In this document: piece after piece, positions 1 to 8,849 of the stretch
Numbering within the stretch: position 1 is the first letter of the stretch
How the letters are laid out: the number at the start of each line of letters is the position of its first letter
DNA from: Acaryochloridaceae cyanobacterium VAR_48_metabat_390
GTDB lineage: Bacteria; Cyanobacteriota; Cyanobacteriia; Thermosynechococcales; Thermosynechococcaceae
Direction of reading: 5' to 3'
Length of the DNA: 60,798 nt
Assembly: GCA_031422435.1 (NCBI GenBank)
Contig: JANPLU010000056.1
Coordinates: 1-60,798, forward strand
Notes under the pieces: generated by a model
The model's database searches: none
The model's input: the letters and a program-made list of their open reading frames with translations, nothing else
What the model was told of the DNA's origin: nothing
Position numbers and translations under genes: made by a program

Positions 1-63
1 ACCTCGTTGCTTTAAGGCTAGATTGTATTCACTCCAGTTGCGGACGCGGTATTGCTGTTTCAC
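1..63 (-). CDS. IS5/IS903-group transposase, N-terminal 21 codons (partial)
   Basis: GTG at 63-61 gives MKQQYRVRNWSEYNLALKQRG, matching the IS903-type N-terminal motif (NWxxYNxALxxRG). Too short for the ORF track. Confidence 0.8.
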   Translation of the reverse strand, partial: MKQQYRVRNWSEYNLALKQRG

Positions 64-140
64 CCTGCTGGCGCTGACTTTAGTTATTGAGATTTATATT
101 CTCATTACACATTGGTGACTCCTATTTATGCAACAACGCC
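1..140 (-). mobile_element. Left end of an IS5-family (IS903 group) insertion sequence; runs off the window
   Basis: Minus strand from 140 reads GGCGTTGTTGCATAAATA, resembling the IS903 terminal IR GGCTTTGTTGAATAAATC. A transposase N-terminus follows it. Confidence 0.8.
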
Positions 141-566
141 ATCCGAATCCCATAGATAGTTAGAAATAACCTGACCACCTAAGGAGTGTGCCACAATAAT
201 CACTTTTTTCGCCGAATTCCCCAAATCCTGATAGGCAGCCTGGAGACTTTTTGCAATTCTTTCTTGGGCGTCACTGTATACCCCAAACTTATCAGCTTTA
301 CTACTTTCTAGGCTTGCAGCGTCCGAAAAGCCAAATAGCAAGAATTTTCTTAGATCAAGCCAGTCAACTTTGGCCTGAGTACGTGTACGCTCAAACAGTT
401 CAGTCTGAGGGGTTTGCAGTAGATCTTGATAGTACACGGGTTGAAAAGAAACCTGATCCCACTCATTTGGTAAAAGCTTAGACTGTAGCTTTTGCTTGAA
501 ATCATCCGCATAGTTTTTTTCGGTATCACCCATGCCGTGAACCGTGAGCAACGCAATTTTTTTCAT
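126..566 (-). pseudogene. Alpha/beta-hydrolase-like protein truncated by the IS
   Basis: HGMG and AHSLGG nucleophile-elbow motifs. The last codons and stop (GVVA*) are supplied by the IS inverted repeat at 126-140. Confidence 0.7.
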
Positions 567-638
567 CTGCTATTACCCTAAATGATAACTGGTGTCGAGA
601 TGAATCTTAGCGCTGATCGCGTGGAAAAGTGAGTTAAG

Positions 639-689
639 AAATCTATAGATTGCACCGACAAATAAAATGTTGGGGCAATCTATAGATTT
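639..689. terminator. Long hairpin downstream of the HtrA gene
   Basis: AAATCTATAGATTGC (639-653) and GCAATCTATAGATTT (675-689) are a perfect 15-bp IR, with further inner pairing. Confidence 0.55.
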
Positions 690-707
690 ATTTGCTGCTA
701 CATAAAT

Positions 708-1901
708 CTATGGTTCATTACTCTGGGTTAATCGGGTCGGAATTGGCTCTGGCTGGATGCCAACATTGAGCGTTTGTCCACTGCGTCTTACCTCTAGCTG
801 GATTGATCGCCCCACCGAAGTATTTTCTACCCTTTGCTGCACCTGACTGGCTTTAGTGACATCTTGCCCATCAATGCGCTTAATGACATCACCCATTTTT
901 AAGCCCACTTTAGACGCTGGAGAGTTGGGCAGCACCTCAAAAATGAGAACACCCTGATCTTCTTGGACTCGTAGATTAGAGCTAGCATCCCCATTAATGC
1001 GCTGCCTTAGCTCAGGCGATAGATTTGTCATCCGAATGCCCAGAAAAGGATGGTTGACCTTACCCGTTGTCGCAAGCTGATTGGCGATTTTCTGAGCCGT
1101 TTTAATTGGGATTGCAAACCCTAACCCCTGGGCACCGCCGCCAATAATGGCGGTATTCATTCCAATCACCTGCCCATACTGGTTCAAAAGCGGTCCACCT
1201 GAGTTGCCTGGGTTAATTGCCGCATCGGTTTGGATGAAGCCCACGCGCTTATCGGGTACGCCAATGTCGCCGCTAGTGCGTCCGGTGGCGCTGATGATGC
1301 CCGCCGTTACGGTATTGTCTAAGCCCAAGGGGTTGCCAATGGCGATCGCCCATTCCCCAGGTCGAAGCTGATCAGAATCGCCCATTTGCGCGACGGGCAA
1401 ATTGTTCGCCTGAATTTTGACCACGGCAACATCGGTGAGGCTATCTTGCCCCAGAACCTTACCTTTAAGCGATCGCCCATCTTTGAGCAATACCGTCACA
1501 GAATCTGCACCATTCACCACATGGGAGTTGGTCAAAATTAGCCCATCGTTGCTGATAATAAAGCCGGAACCCGTACCCCGCTCCACACGAGTGCGACTTT
1601 GAGGCATCTCACCCCCAAAAAACTGTCTAAAAAATGGGTCATTAAAAACCGCAGGGGTTCGACTTCTGACTGTGCGTGACGCATCAATACGCACCACTGC
1701 TGGCCCCACTTTCTCAACCGCTCTCGCAATAAAATTTTGATCGCCTTGGACAAGTCGTGGTGCAGCAAGCTGCGCGACGCTAGGCTGTGGCGCAAAAGAT
1801 TTACCTGGAACCATTTGCGTGCCGACCAGCGTTGCAAGGGAACCAACCAAGAGCACAGATAAATAAGTAGCCGATTTCTGGATGGAGACTTTGGGCGACA
1901 T
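708..1901 (-). CDS. HtrA/Deg-family serine protease (HhoA/HhoB type) with one PDZ domain
   Basis: GSGFII, LTNSHVV and IQTDAAINPGNSGGPL motifs; N-terminal hydrophobic segment; C-terminal PDZ. Confidence 0.93.
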   Translation of the reverse strand: MSPKVSIQKSATYLSVLLVGSLATLVGTQMVPGKSFAPQPSVAQLAAPRLVQGDQNFIARAVEKVGPAVVRIDASRTVRSRTPAVFNDPFFRQFFGGEMPQSRTRVERGTGSGFIISNDGLILTNSHVVNGADSVTVLLKDGRSLKGKVLGQDSLTDVAVVKIQANNLPVAQMGDSDQLRPGEWAIAIGNPLGLDNTVTAGIISATGRTSGDIGVPDKRVGFIQTDAAINPGNSGGPLLNQYGQVIGMNTAIIGGGAQGLGFAIPIKTAQKIANQLATTGKVNHPFLGIRMTNLSPELRQRINGDASSNLRVQEDQGVLIFEVLPNSPASKVGLKMGDVIKRIDGQDVTKASQVQQRVENTSVGRSIQLEVRRSGQTLNVGIQPEPIPTRLTQSNEP

Positions 1902-2166
1902 GGTGAGGTAAGAGGGGTAGAGGTTTTTAGAGGTAAAGCTTCAAGGTCAATTTGTTTTGGGGTTAAAAATTTGCTAAGGACTATGTACGGTTATTCCTAG
2001 CAATCTTTTAAATTCTACTCATTTTCTAAAAGCTTTAGGAAATGACGTTCGTTGCTTTAGGGTATTGAATCAACGCCTAAAGAATGAACGCCATTTGTAC
2101 GGTGTGAGGTACATACTGAGCAAAGACGGACATTTTGAGCAAAGGTTTCCACAGCGAGAGGAGAAT

Positions 2167-3126
2167 ATGACGGATTATCAGCCGTCACAGCAATGGCAGC
2201 AGGCTCAAAATGAGCTTCAGCGCGTGTGGGGTTATTCACAGTTTCGGCCTTTGCAGGGTGAAATTGTTTTGTCAATTTTGCAGCGCAAAGATACCCTGGT
2301 TATGCTGCCCACAGGGGCGGGTAAGTCGCTATGCTTTCAGCTTCCGGCACTTTTGCAGACAGGCTTAACCATCGTAGTATCGCCCCTGGTTGCGCTAATG
2401 GAAAACCAAGTGCAGGCTTTGAAGACTCGCGGGGCGGATGCGGCGCTGCTGCACAGTGAGCAGTCGCGGGAGCAGCGACAGCAAACGCTATATAAGCTAG
2501 AGCGTGGTCAGTTAAGGCTGCTGTATCTGTCGCCAGAATCTTTGCTGGGCGCTAATTTATGGCAGCGCCTGATAGCCCCTTCTGTAAAAATCCAAACCCT
2601 TGTGATTGATGAGGCACACTGTATTACCCAGTGGGGCAGCAGTTTTCGACCCACCTATCGAAGGCTGGGTGCGGTGCGATCGACGTTACTGCAACAGCAG
2701 CCTGGGTCAGAAATTGCGATCGCCGCTTTTACCGCCACCGCTGACCCTGCCACTCAGCAAGATATTCGTAATGTGTTGGGTCTAAAGCAGCCGCAGGTCT
2801 TTCGCAATAGCCCCTACCGCAAAAATCTACACCTCAAGATTGTGCGGGTGTGGACTGCGGCACGTCGTCGCGATCGCCTCAATCAATTCATTCAAGCCCA
2901 AGGCCAAACCACTGGATTGGTCTATACCCGCAGCCGCAGAGATAGTGAGCAACTGGTCGAATGGCTGCAACTTCAGGGGTTGCACACCGCCGCCTACCAT
3001 GCTGGACTTGCCCCCCAAGAGCGTCGCCACATTGAGCAGCAGTGGCTCTCTGGCGAAATTCTCTTTGTGATTTGCACCTCTGCCTTTGGCATGGGCGTAG
3101 ATAAACCCAATGTGCGAAAAGTATAG
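2167..3126 (+). pseudogene. recQ: RecQ-family helicase, N-terminal part (interrupted by the Tn554-like element)
   Basis: LPTGAGKSLCFQLP, SPLVALMENQV, DEAHC, TATA and AFGMGVDKPNVR motifs. ATG 2167 follows GAGGAG. The frame is cut right after motif V; KV* comes from the element. Confidence 0.92.
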
Positions 3127-3247
3127 CTATCTACAGTCCGTCAATAATGTAAACATAGAATATATCAGCACACCATAACATTCTTCATTTACACTTAAAA
3201 ATACATTAGTAAACAGAGTAAATAGAGTATACTAAGTATATTGTCAG

Positions 3248-4345
3248 ATGTACTTAGTAATGAAAGTTCAAAGGATAAGGATCCCAAGTAGTGACAAGGT
3301 GACTTGGGTTTTGTTGGATGACAATCATAAATTCGTAGAACCAGTTAAAGGCTATCTGAAGTACCTGGATAGCCTAGAAAGATCTCCTAACACTATTCAC
3401 GCTTACGCTAATCACCTAAAGCTTTTGTGGGAATACCTCAAGGCTTCTGAGCTTGAATGGACTGAGGTTAATCTAGAAAACCTTGCTAACTTCATTTCAT
3501 GGCTGCGAAGACTAGACCATCGGGTTATCTCTATAAAGCCACAGGAGTCTAGGCGCTCTGAAGGGACGATTAACGCGATTCTGTCTGTAGTCTGTGGGTT
3601 TTATGACTTCCATGAACGCATAGGCACCTTAGAAGGGATTGATGCCTACCGTTATCAGTTTCAACCTGGGCAGCGATATAAGTCTTTCCTTCATCACATC
3701 AATAAAGGAAAGGCAACACGGACACGGCTCTTAAAGCTCAAACAGCCAAAGAGAATCCCTAAGATTCTGACTCAAGAGCAATGTCTAGCAGCGATCGCCG
3801 CCTGTAATCGCCTAAGAGATAAGTTCTTGCTATGTCTGTTAAGCGAGACAGGGATGCGAATAGGACAGGCTTTAGGACTAAGACATGAAGATGTCCGGTC
3901 TTGGGACAACCAAATTCAAATCGTCTCTAGAGATGACAACGCTAATGGAGCTAGAGCAAAGACCAGAGAGACATATACCATCCATGTCTCTGTAGATTTA
4001 ATGGTCTTGTATGCCGATTACCTGACGAACGAGTATCCCGAAGATATCAACTCTGACTATTTATTTATCAACATCTGGGAAGGGCGAATAGGCTACCCAA
4101 TGACCTACTCAACGATCCAAGCCCTATTTAGCCGCCTATCCAGAGAATTAGGGTATAAGGTTCATCCCCACATGTTTCGGCATACCCACGCAACAGAACT
4201 AATTCGTAGCGGGATGGGTATGGCAATGGTTCAAAAGCGTCTAGGCCATGCCAGCATTCAAACCACGATTGACACCTATACGCATCTTTCGACTGAAGAC
4301 CTTAAAGATGCCTACAACACCTATCTAGAGGAAAGAGACAAGTGA
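3248..4345 (+). CDS. tnpA: Tyrosine recombinase, Tn554 TnpA-like (likely start ATG 3260)
   Basis: MKVQRI...YLKYLDSLERSPNTIHAYANHLKLLWEYL resembles the Tn554 TnpA N-terminus. Catalytic TGMRIG, HPHMFRH, LGH, TYTH. Confidence 0.88.
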   Translation: MYLVMKVQRIRIPSSDKVTWVLLDDNHKFVEPVKGYLKYLDSLERSPNTIHAYANHLKLLWEYLKASELEWTEVNLENLANFISWLRRLDHRVISIKPQESRRSEGTINAILSVVCGFYDFHERIGTLEGIDAYRYQFQPGQRYKSFLHHINKGKATRTRLLKLKQPKRIPKILTQEQCLAAIAACNRLRDKFLLCLLSETGMRIGQALGLRHEDVRSWDNQIQIVSRDDNANGARAKTRETYTIHVSVDLMVLYADYLTNEYPEDINSDYLFINIWEGRIGYPMTYSTIQALFSRLSRELGYKVHPHMFRHTHATELIRSGMGMAMVQKRLGHASIQTTIDTYTHLSTEDLKDAYNTYLEERDK

Positions 4346-5943
4346 TTGAGCCTCAGATTGATTTATCCGAACCATTAGTAAATACTGAAGTAGACTCTGT
4401 TTCAAGGCCAGCGCTAGTCTGTAGGCATTGTGGCGGTTGGCGTTTTGTTAAACGGCGGAAAAATCCTAAGGGCTATCAAATATACCTTTGCAGGGTTTGT
4501 AACCGTCATTTTGATGACGAACCACCTAAGCCTGACTATATTGTTGACCCTGAAGCTGAGTATAAAAAGGATATTTGGGACAGTCGAAACCTTGGAGTGC
4601 CTAGCAGGGTAGGGAGGTATCTCTATAAGCTCAACTTTGAGAGTATTGAGCAATCCTGGCTCATTCAGCCAGCTAAGCAGTACATTCGTTTCACTTTAAG
4701 CACTCTGAGCTTTTCCTCAGCCATCGAAAAGCTGCTATCTATAAAGCGGTTCTCAAAGTATTTAGCTCAGGCTCATCCATCGGTTAACCCTGAGGATATT
4801 GACCGGACAGTGATTGTAGGGTTCCTCAGCCACCTATCGACTCAGAGCTTATCTGTTTCTACAAGATGTCAAACCATCGGTAGCCTCAGAGGGTTTTTAG
4901 AGTCTTGCGTTCAAAATGATTGGGTCAGAGTCCGAAGGTACTTAGTTCGGCATGAAGATTTTCCCAAACGGTCAAAATCTGTCCCTAGATTCATTCCTCA
5001 AGATGTGCTGAGTCAATTAAATAAACATTTAGAAGATTTACCGGAGCCAGTCATGCGGATGGTTCTGGTCATCCAAGAATGTGGAATGCGAATTTCTGAA
5101 CTGTTGTATCTGAAGCCTGACAGCCTGATTCAAGACAAGTCAGGAGACTGGTTCTTACGGTATTACCAGTTCAAGATGAAAAAAGAGATCACCATCCCAG
5201 TCTCTAAAGAGATCACCTTTGTTATTCAGGAACAGCAGCGCTACATTACAAAGCATCTTGAGGGTTTTGTGTATCTGTTTTGCGCTAACGAAGGTGGAGG
5301 GCGATCGGCAAACGGGGTCTTTATCCCAACTCCCAAAAACATGAGTCCACAAGCATTTGCCCTATACCTCAATAAATTAGCTGCTAAGCACAACATTTGT
5401 GCTTCATCGGGCAAGGTTTGGCATTTTCAGGCTCACCAGTTCAGACACACTGTAGGCACCAGAATGATCAACAATGGTGTTCCTCAACATATTGTGCAGC
5501 GCTATCTAGGGCATGAGTCGCCAAATATGACGGCGGTGTATGCCCATATCTTTGACCAGACCATGAAAGAAGAGATCGCTAAGTTTCAAGGCAAAGTGGT
5601 CAATATTGCTGGGCAGGTGATTGAATCAGATGAGCTTGAACAAGACATAGACGATTTAGCCTGGTTTAAGCGTAATATTCAGGCACAGGCATTACCTAAT
5701 GGATCTTGCGCCTTACCTTCTATCTCTCAAGGGTGTCCACATGCAAATGCTTGCTTGACTTGCTCTCACTTTCGGACTACGGCAGAGTTTCTGGAAGACC
5801 ACAAAGGCCAGTTAGAACAGACTCAAAAGATTCTTGAGAAAGCAAAAGCGAATGGATGGGTTCGGCAGATTGAGATGAATGAAAAGGTTAAGATCAGCCT
5901 AGAAAGCATTGTAAAGACTCTAGAGGAACCTTCTGATGGCTAA
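4342..5943 (+). CDS. tnpB: Tyrosine recombinase, Tn554 TnpB-like, with N-terminal zinc ribbon
   Basis: GMRISE; HQFRHTVGTRMINNGVPQHIVQRYLGHESPNMTAVYAH; C-terminal CPHANACLTC cluster; overlaps the tnpA stop. Confidence 0.88.
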   Translation: MIEPQIDLSEPLVNTEVDSVSRPALVCRHCGGWRFVKRRKNPKGYQIYLCRVCNRHFDDEPPKPDYIVDPEAEYKKDIWDSRNLGVPSRVGRYLYKLNFESIEQSWLIQPAKQYIRFTLSTLSFSSAIEKLLSIKRFSKYLAQAHPSVNPEDIDRTVIVGFLSHLSTQSLSVSTRCQTIGSLRGFLESCVQNDWVRVRRYLVRHEDFPKRSKSVPRFIPQDVLSQLNKHLEDLPEPVMRMVLVIQECGMRISELLYLKPDSLIQDKSGDWFLRYYQFKMKKEITIPVSKEITFVIQEQQRYITKHLEGFVYLFCANEGGGRSANGVFIPTPKNMSPQAFALYLNKLAAKHNICASSGKVWHFQAHQFRHTVGTRMINNGVPQHIVQRYLGHESPNMTAVYAHIFDQTMKEEIAKFQGKVVNIAGQVIESDELEQDIDDLAWFKRNIQAQALPNGSCALPSISQGCPHANACLTCSHFRTTAEFLEDHKGQLEQTQKILEKAKANGWVRQIEMNEKVKISLESIVKTLEEPSDG

Positions 5944-6454
5944 GGAGGGCGCTTATTTAGGTTGGCAACGGAACACGGAAGGGATTAAATCCTCTGCTCA
6001 GAAAAAGAGGCAAGATGCCTTTGACAAGACGGACGAAGCTATAAAGGTACTGATCAAGACCCAGAAACCTATAAACTTTGAGGCGGTCGCACAAGCTGCT
6101 GGCGTAACTAGGCAATGGCTTTATAACCAGCCAGAGCTAAAGAATAGGATTGAGACGCTTAGGGCACAACAGACCCCAAAGAAGTCAATTCCTCAATCCC
6201 AATCGGCATCAGACGCTTCAAAGGACGCAATTATCAAAACTCTTAGGCAGCGACTCAGAAAGGCAGAAGACGATAACAAAGAGCTACAGAAGCGGATTGA
6301 GGTTGCTTATGGGATGGCTCAGGCTGACTTAGTAGAGTCTCTAGAGTCTGAGGTCAAAGACCTACAGAAGCAGAATCAGCACTTAATGAGGCTGCTTACT
6401 GAAGCTAGAGAAGAAATTACTGAGGCGAGACCCCAGCGAATTCAGGAAAAATAA
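5936..6454 (+). CDS. tnpC: TnpC-like (DUF6262-type) HTH/coiled-coil protein
   Basis: INFEAVAQAAGVTRQWLY HTH followed by a coiled coil; third gene of the overlapping tnpABC operon. Confidence 0.8.
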   Translation: MAKEGAYLGWQRNTEGIKSSAQKKRQDAFDKTDEAIKVLIKTQKPINFEAVAQAAGVTRQWLYNQPELKNRIETLRAQQTPKKSIPQSQSASDASKDAIIKTLRQRLRKAEDDNKELQKRIEVAYGMAQADLVESLESEVKDLQKQNQHLMRLLTEAREEITEARPQRIQEK

Positions 6455-6549
6455 GCGTTGACAATAGCAGGCTATAGTCCGTCATTAGTTGACAAAAACA
6501 AATCAATATGCAAATATAGTAGACAGATTGCTTAACTACTAACCTAATT

Positions 6550-7401
6550 TTGTCAACTAATGATTTGTTGGCTGATTTTGAGGATGGTGGCAATTGCCCA
6601 GAAAGCTCTAGTCTAAAGCTGCGTATGATTTTCGAAGATGATTTGTTTGACGAATTAAGTAATCAAAGACTTAAAAAGTATCTACAAGTTTATCAAAAAT
6701 CAATTCCACTTGATTTTGATCAAAATCTTTTTGAATTAATACGTGGCTTCCCAAGACTTTGTGAAAAAGTTGAAGGTGAAATTCCTATTAGGAAAGAATT
6801 CAAGAGAAATGCAATGCAGGGAAATTTTTCCCGCGCTTTATTTGAAAGTAAAGTTATAGATTTGTCAGAAAAACTTTCTTTAAAATCTGGAGTTTTTGCG
6901 TCAGGAGGTGGATCCAGGCATATAAAAGTTTCTACCAATTCTGTAGTTATTACAATTCATTCGATTGGGGACAATGAGACAAGGAAATCAAGATTCACTG
7001 AGTACAAAAAAAGACTTTCCAGATCAAACCCAGACGGAAACTCAGAGGATATCAACTTACAGGGTAATTTTTTTATAGATGATGATATTGGTCAGCCAGA
7101 GATAGCTTTCAATGATAATTTTAACGACTCTAGACTGTACTTCACAATTTGTGTCCCCAGATTTTCGCATAGTAGGAGAGATGCATATTTAATTCTCCCA
7201 ACTTCTTATTATTCTAGTAAGTCTATTTTTGAGTTAAACTACTATGGTATACGAGAAGTTTTTGAAACGGAACAGCCATTTTCGGTCTACACTGAAAATG
7301 ACATTACACCTGGGTTGATCTCATTAAAAAATGACGATATAAATATAATTTTTCCTAATCCATTAGATGGAGAGGGCAAAACAGAAGATGGAGAGACATA
7401 A
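6550..7401 (+). CDS. Uncharacterised AT-rich cargo protein, translationally coupled to the XRE-peptidase gene (start uncertain)
   Basis: 283-aa ORF; the stop TAA overlaps the next ATG at 7401; many AGA/AGG codons. Confidence 0.7.
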   Translation: MSTNDLLADFEDGGNCPESSSLKLRMIFEDDLFDELSNQRLKKYLQVYQKSIPLDFDQNLFELIRGFPRLCEKVEGEIPIRKEFKRNAMQGNFSRALFESKVIDLSEKLSLKSGVFASGGGSRHIKVSTNSVVITIHSIGDNETRKSRFTEYKKRLSRSNPDGNSEDINLQGNFFIDDDIGQPEIAFNDNFNDSRLYFTICVPRFSHSRRDAYLILPTSYYSSKSIFELNYYGIREVFETEQPFSVYTENDITPGLISLKNDDINIIFPNPLDGEGKTEDGET

Positions 7402-8636
7402 TGTTAAATGGAACACCTGGATTTCAGGGGTTAAGACTCAAGCAATCGAGAATTATTAGACGGAAGAATATAACTGCTCTTGCTAATGAATTAGGTATAA
7501 GCAAGGCGACAGTTTCAGCGTATGAACAATGCTTACGAACTCCAAGTCCTGAGGTAATGGGGAAAATTTGTCAAGTCCTTGAGTTCCCGCTCGACTTTTT
7601 CCTTTCTGACCCTAAAAAGATAGTTGAAAATGATAAGCCAGCAATGTGGAGGTCTTATCTTTCTGCGACACAAATGGCAAGAAGCTGCGCAGCGGAAAAA
7701 TGTAAAATCTTTGTTTCTATTGCTGCATACTTAAACCAGTATGTTAACTTCCCCCCCTTAAATCTTCCTAAATTTGATGTGCCGTCTGACCCCACATCTA
7801 TTTCTGATGAAGATATTCAACACATTGTCAAAAAAACTCGAAAATACTGGGGATTAAGTTTAGGCCCTATTAGCAATATAGTTTGTCTGCTTGAAAATAA
7901 TGGTTTGATGGTAGCTAAATTTCCATTTGAATGTGAGAAATTAGATGCATTTTCAGTTACGATTGATGGCTATCCAATTGTCGTGATTGGTTCAGACAAA
8001 GGCTCTGCAGTCAGACAGAGATTTGATGCTGCGCATGAGTTAGGCCATTTCTTGCTTCATAGAAATGTCCCGAAGGATGATCTTGAATCCAAAAAGTTTC
8101 ACAACATTCTTGAGCAGCAAGCTAACTATTTTGCATTTGATTTTCTTTTCCCTACAGAAGCTTTTGAGGCTGAAGTCAAAAGAATAAGCCTTAATGATTT
8201 TATGTATGCAAAAAGAAAATGGAAAGTTTCAATTTCTTCCCTCATTTTTAACTCAGCAAAAAAGAATTTTTCATCTCCTGATGAGACAAGAAATTTATTT
8301 AGAGCTTTAGCCAGGAGGGGCTGGAACAAGATTGAACCTTTTGATGATGAGTTTGTTTGCGAAGAACCTCGATTAATTAGAGAAGCACTGCAATTAGTTT
8401 TAGAAGGTGGAATTCAAACCCCCTTGGACATATATAAGCAATTCGATTTGAACTTTTATGACATTGAGTCAATAGCTGGACTGCAAGAAGGATATCTATC
8501 ATCCTTTAATAGCAGAAATACTTTGACATTAAAAGAGAAGTATTCAACACATCCCCCACAAAGCGTCGACGCAACCCCCAAAAGTAAATCATCAAACGTC
8601 GTTAGTTTTCTTGAGGCTTACGCCCAACGGAAGTAA
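7401..8636 (+). CDS. XRE-family HTH fused to an ImmA/IrrE-type Zn metallopeptidase
   Basis: N-terminal HTH (ALANELGISKATVSAYE); RQRFDAAHELGH (HExxH); EQQANYFA third-ligand motif. Confidence 0.88.
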   Translation: MLNGTPGFQGLRLKQSRIIRRKNITALANELGISKATVSAYEQCLRTPSPEVMGKICQVLEFPLDFFLSDPKKIVENDKPAMWRSYLSATQMARSCAAEKCKIFVSIAAYLNQYVNFPPLNLPKFDVPSDPTSISDEDIQHIVKKTRKYWGLSLGPISNIVCLLENNGLMVAKFPFECEKLDAFSVTIDGYPIVVIGSDKGSAVRQRFDAAHELGHFLLHRNVPKDDLESKKFHNILEQQANYFAFDFLFPTEAFEAEVKRISLNDFMYAKRKWKVSISSLIFNSAKKNFSSPDETRNLFRALARRGWNKIEPFDDEFVCEEPRLIREALQLVLEGGIQTPLDIYKQFDLNFYDIESIAGLQEGYLSSFNSRNTLTLKEKYSTHPPQSVDATPKSKSSNVVSFLEAYAQRK

Positions 8637-8641
8637 AAGTT

Positions 8642-8672
8642 AAGCCTTGGAGACCTAAAATCTCCAAGGCTT
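8642..8672 (+). terminator. Perfect 12-bp stem-loop after the XRE-peptidase stop (terminator or processing stem)
   Basis: AAGCCTTGGAGA-cctaaaa-TCTCCAAGGCTT. Confidence 0.65.
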
Positions 8673-8677
8673 CTCAT

Positions 8678-8744
8678 GGGCCTCGCAGGATGCCAGTGGC
8701 GTCTCCTAAACTCCGGCTGAGGGGTTCGACTCCCCTGAGGTCCA
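8678..8744 (+). tRNA. tRNA-Arg(CCU)-like RNA with shortened D-arm (atypical or pseudo-tRNA)
   Basis: Acceptor GGGCCTC/GAGGTCC+A; T-arm AGGGG-TTCGACT-CCCCT; anticodon arm GGCGT-CTCCTAA-ACTCC (4/5 pairs); only 13 nt between the acceptor and anticodon stems. Confidence 0.65.
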
Positions 8745-8849
8745 CACCTTAAGCTATCAACTCTAATCTGTTTTACAGGAAGGCTCTGAGTAGCTCACAG
8801 TTAAAGTCTAGGCTGTAAATCTTAAGTACCAAGGCTGAAGTCTCAAGAG

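Noticed and set aside
126..140. IS6-family IR (resembles IS26 GGCACTGTTGCAAA)
   Set aside because: The adjacent transposase N-terminus is IS903-type, and the IR fits IS903 over a longer length
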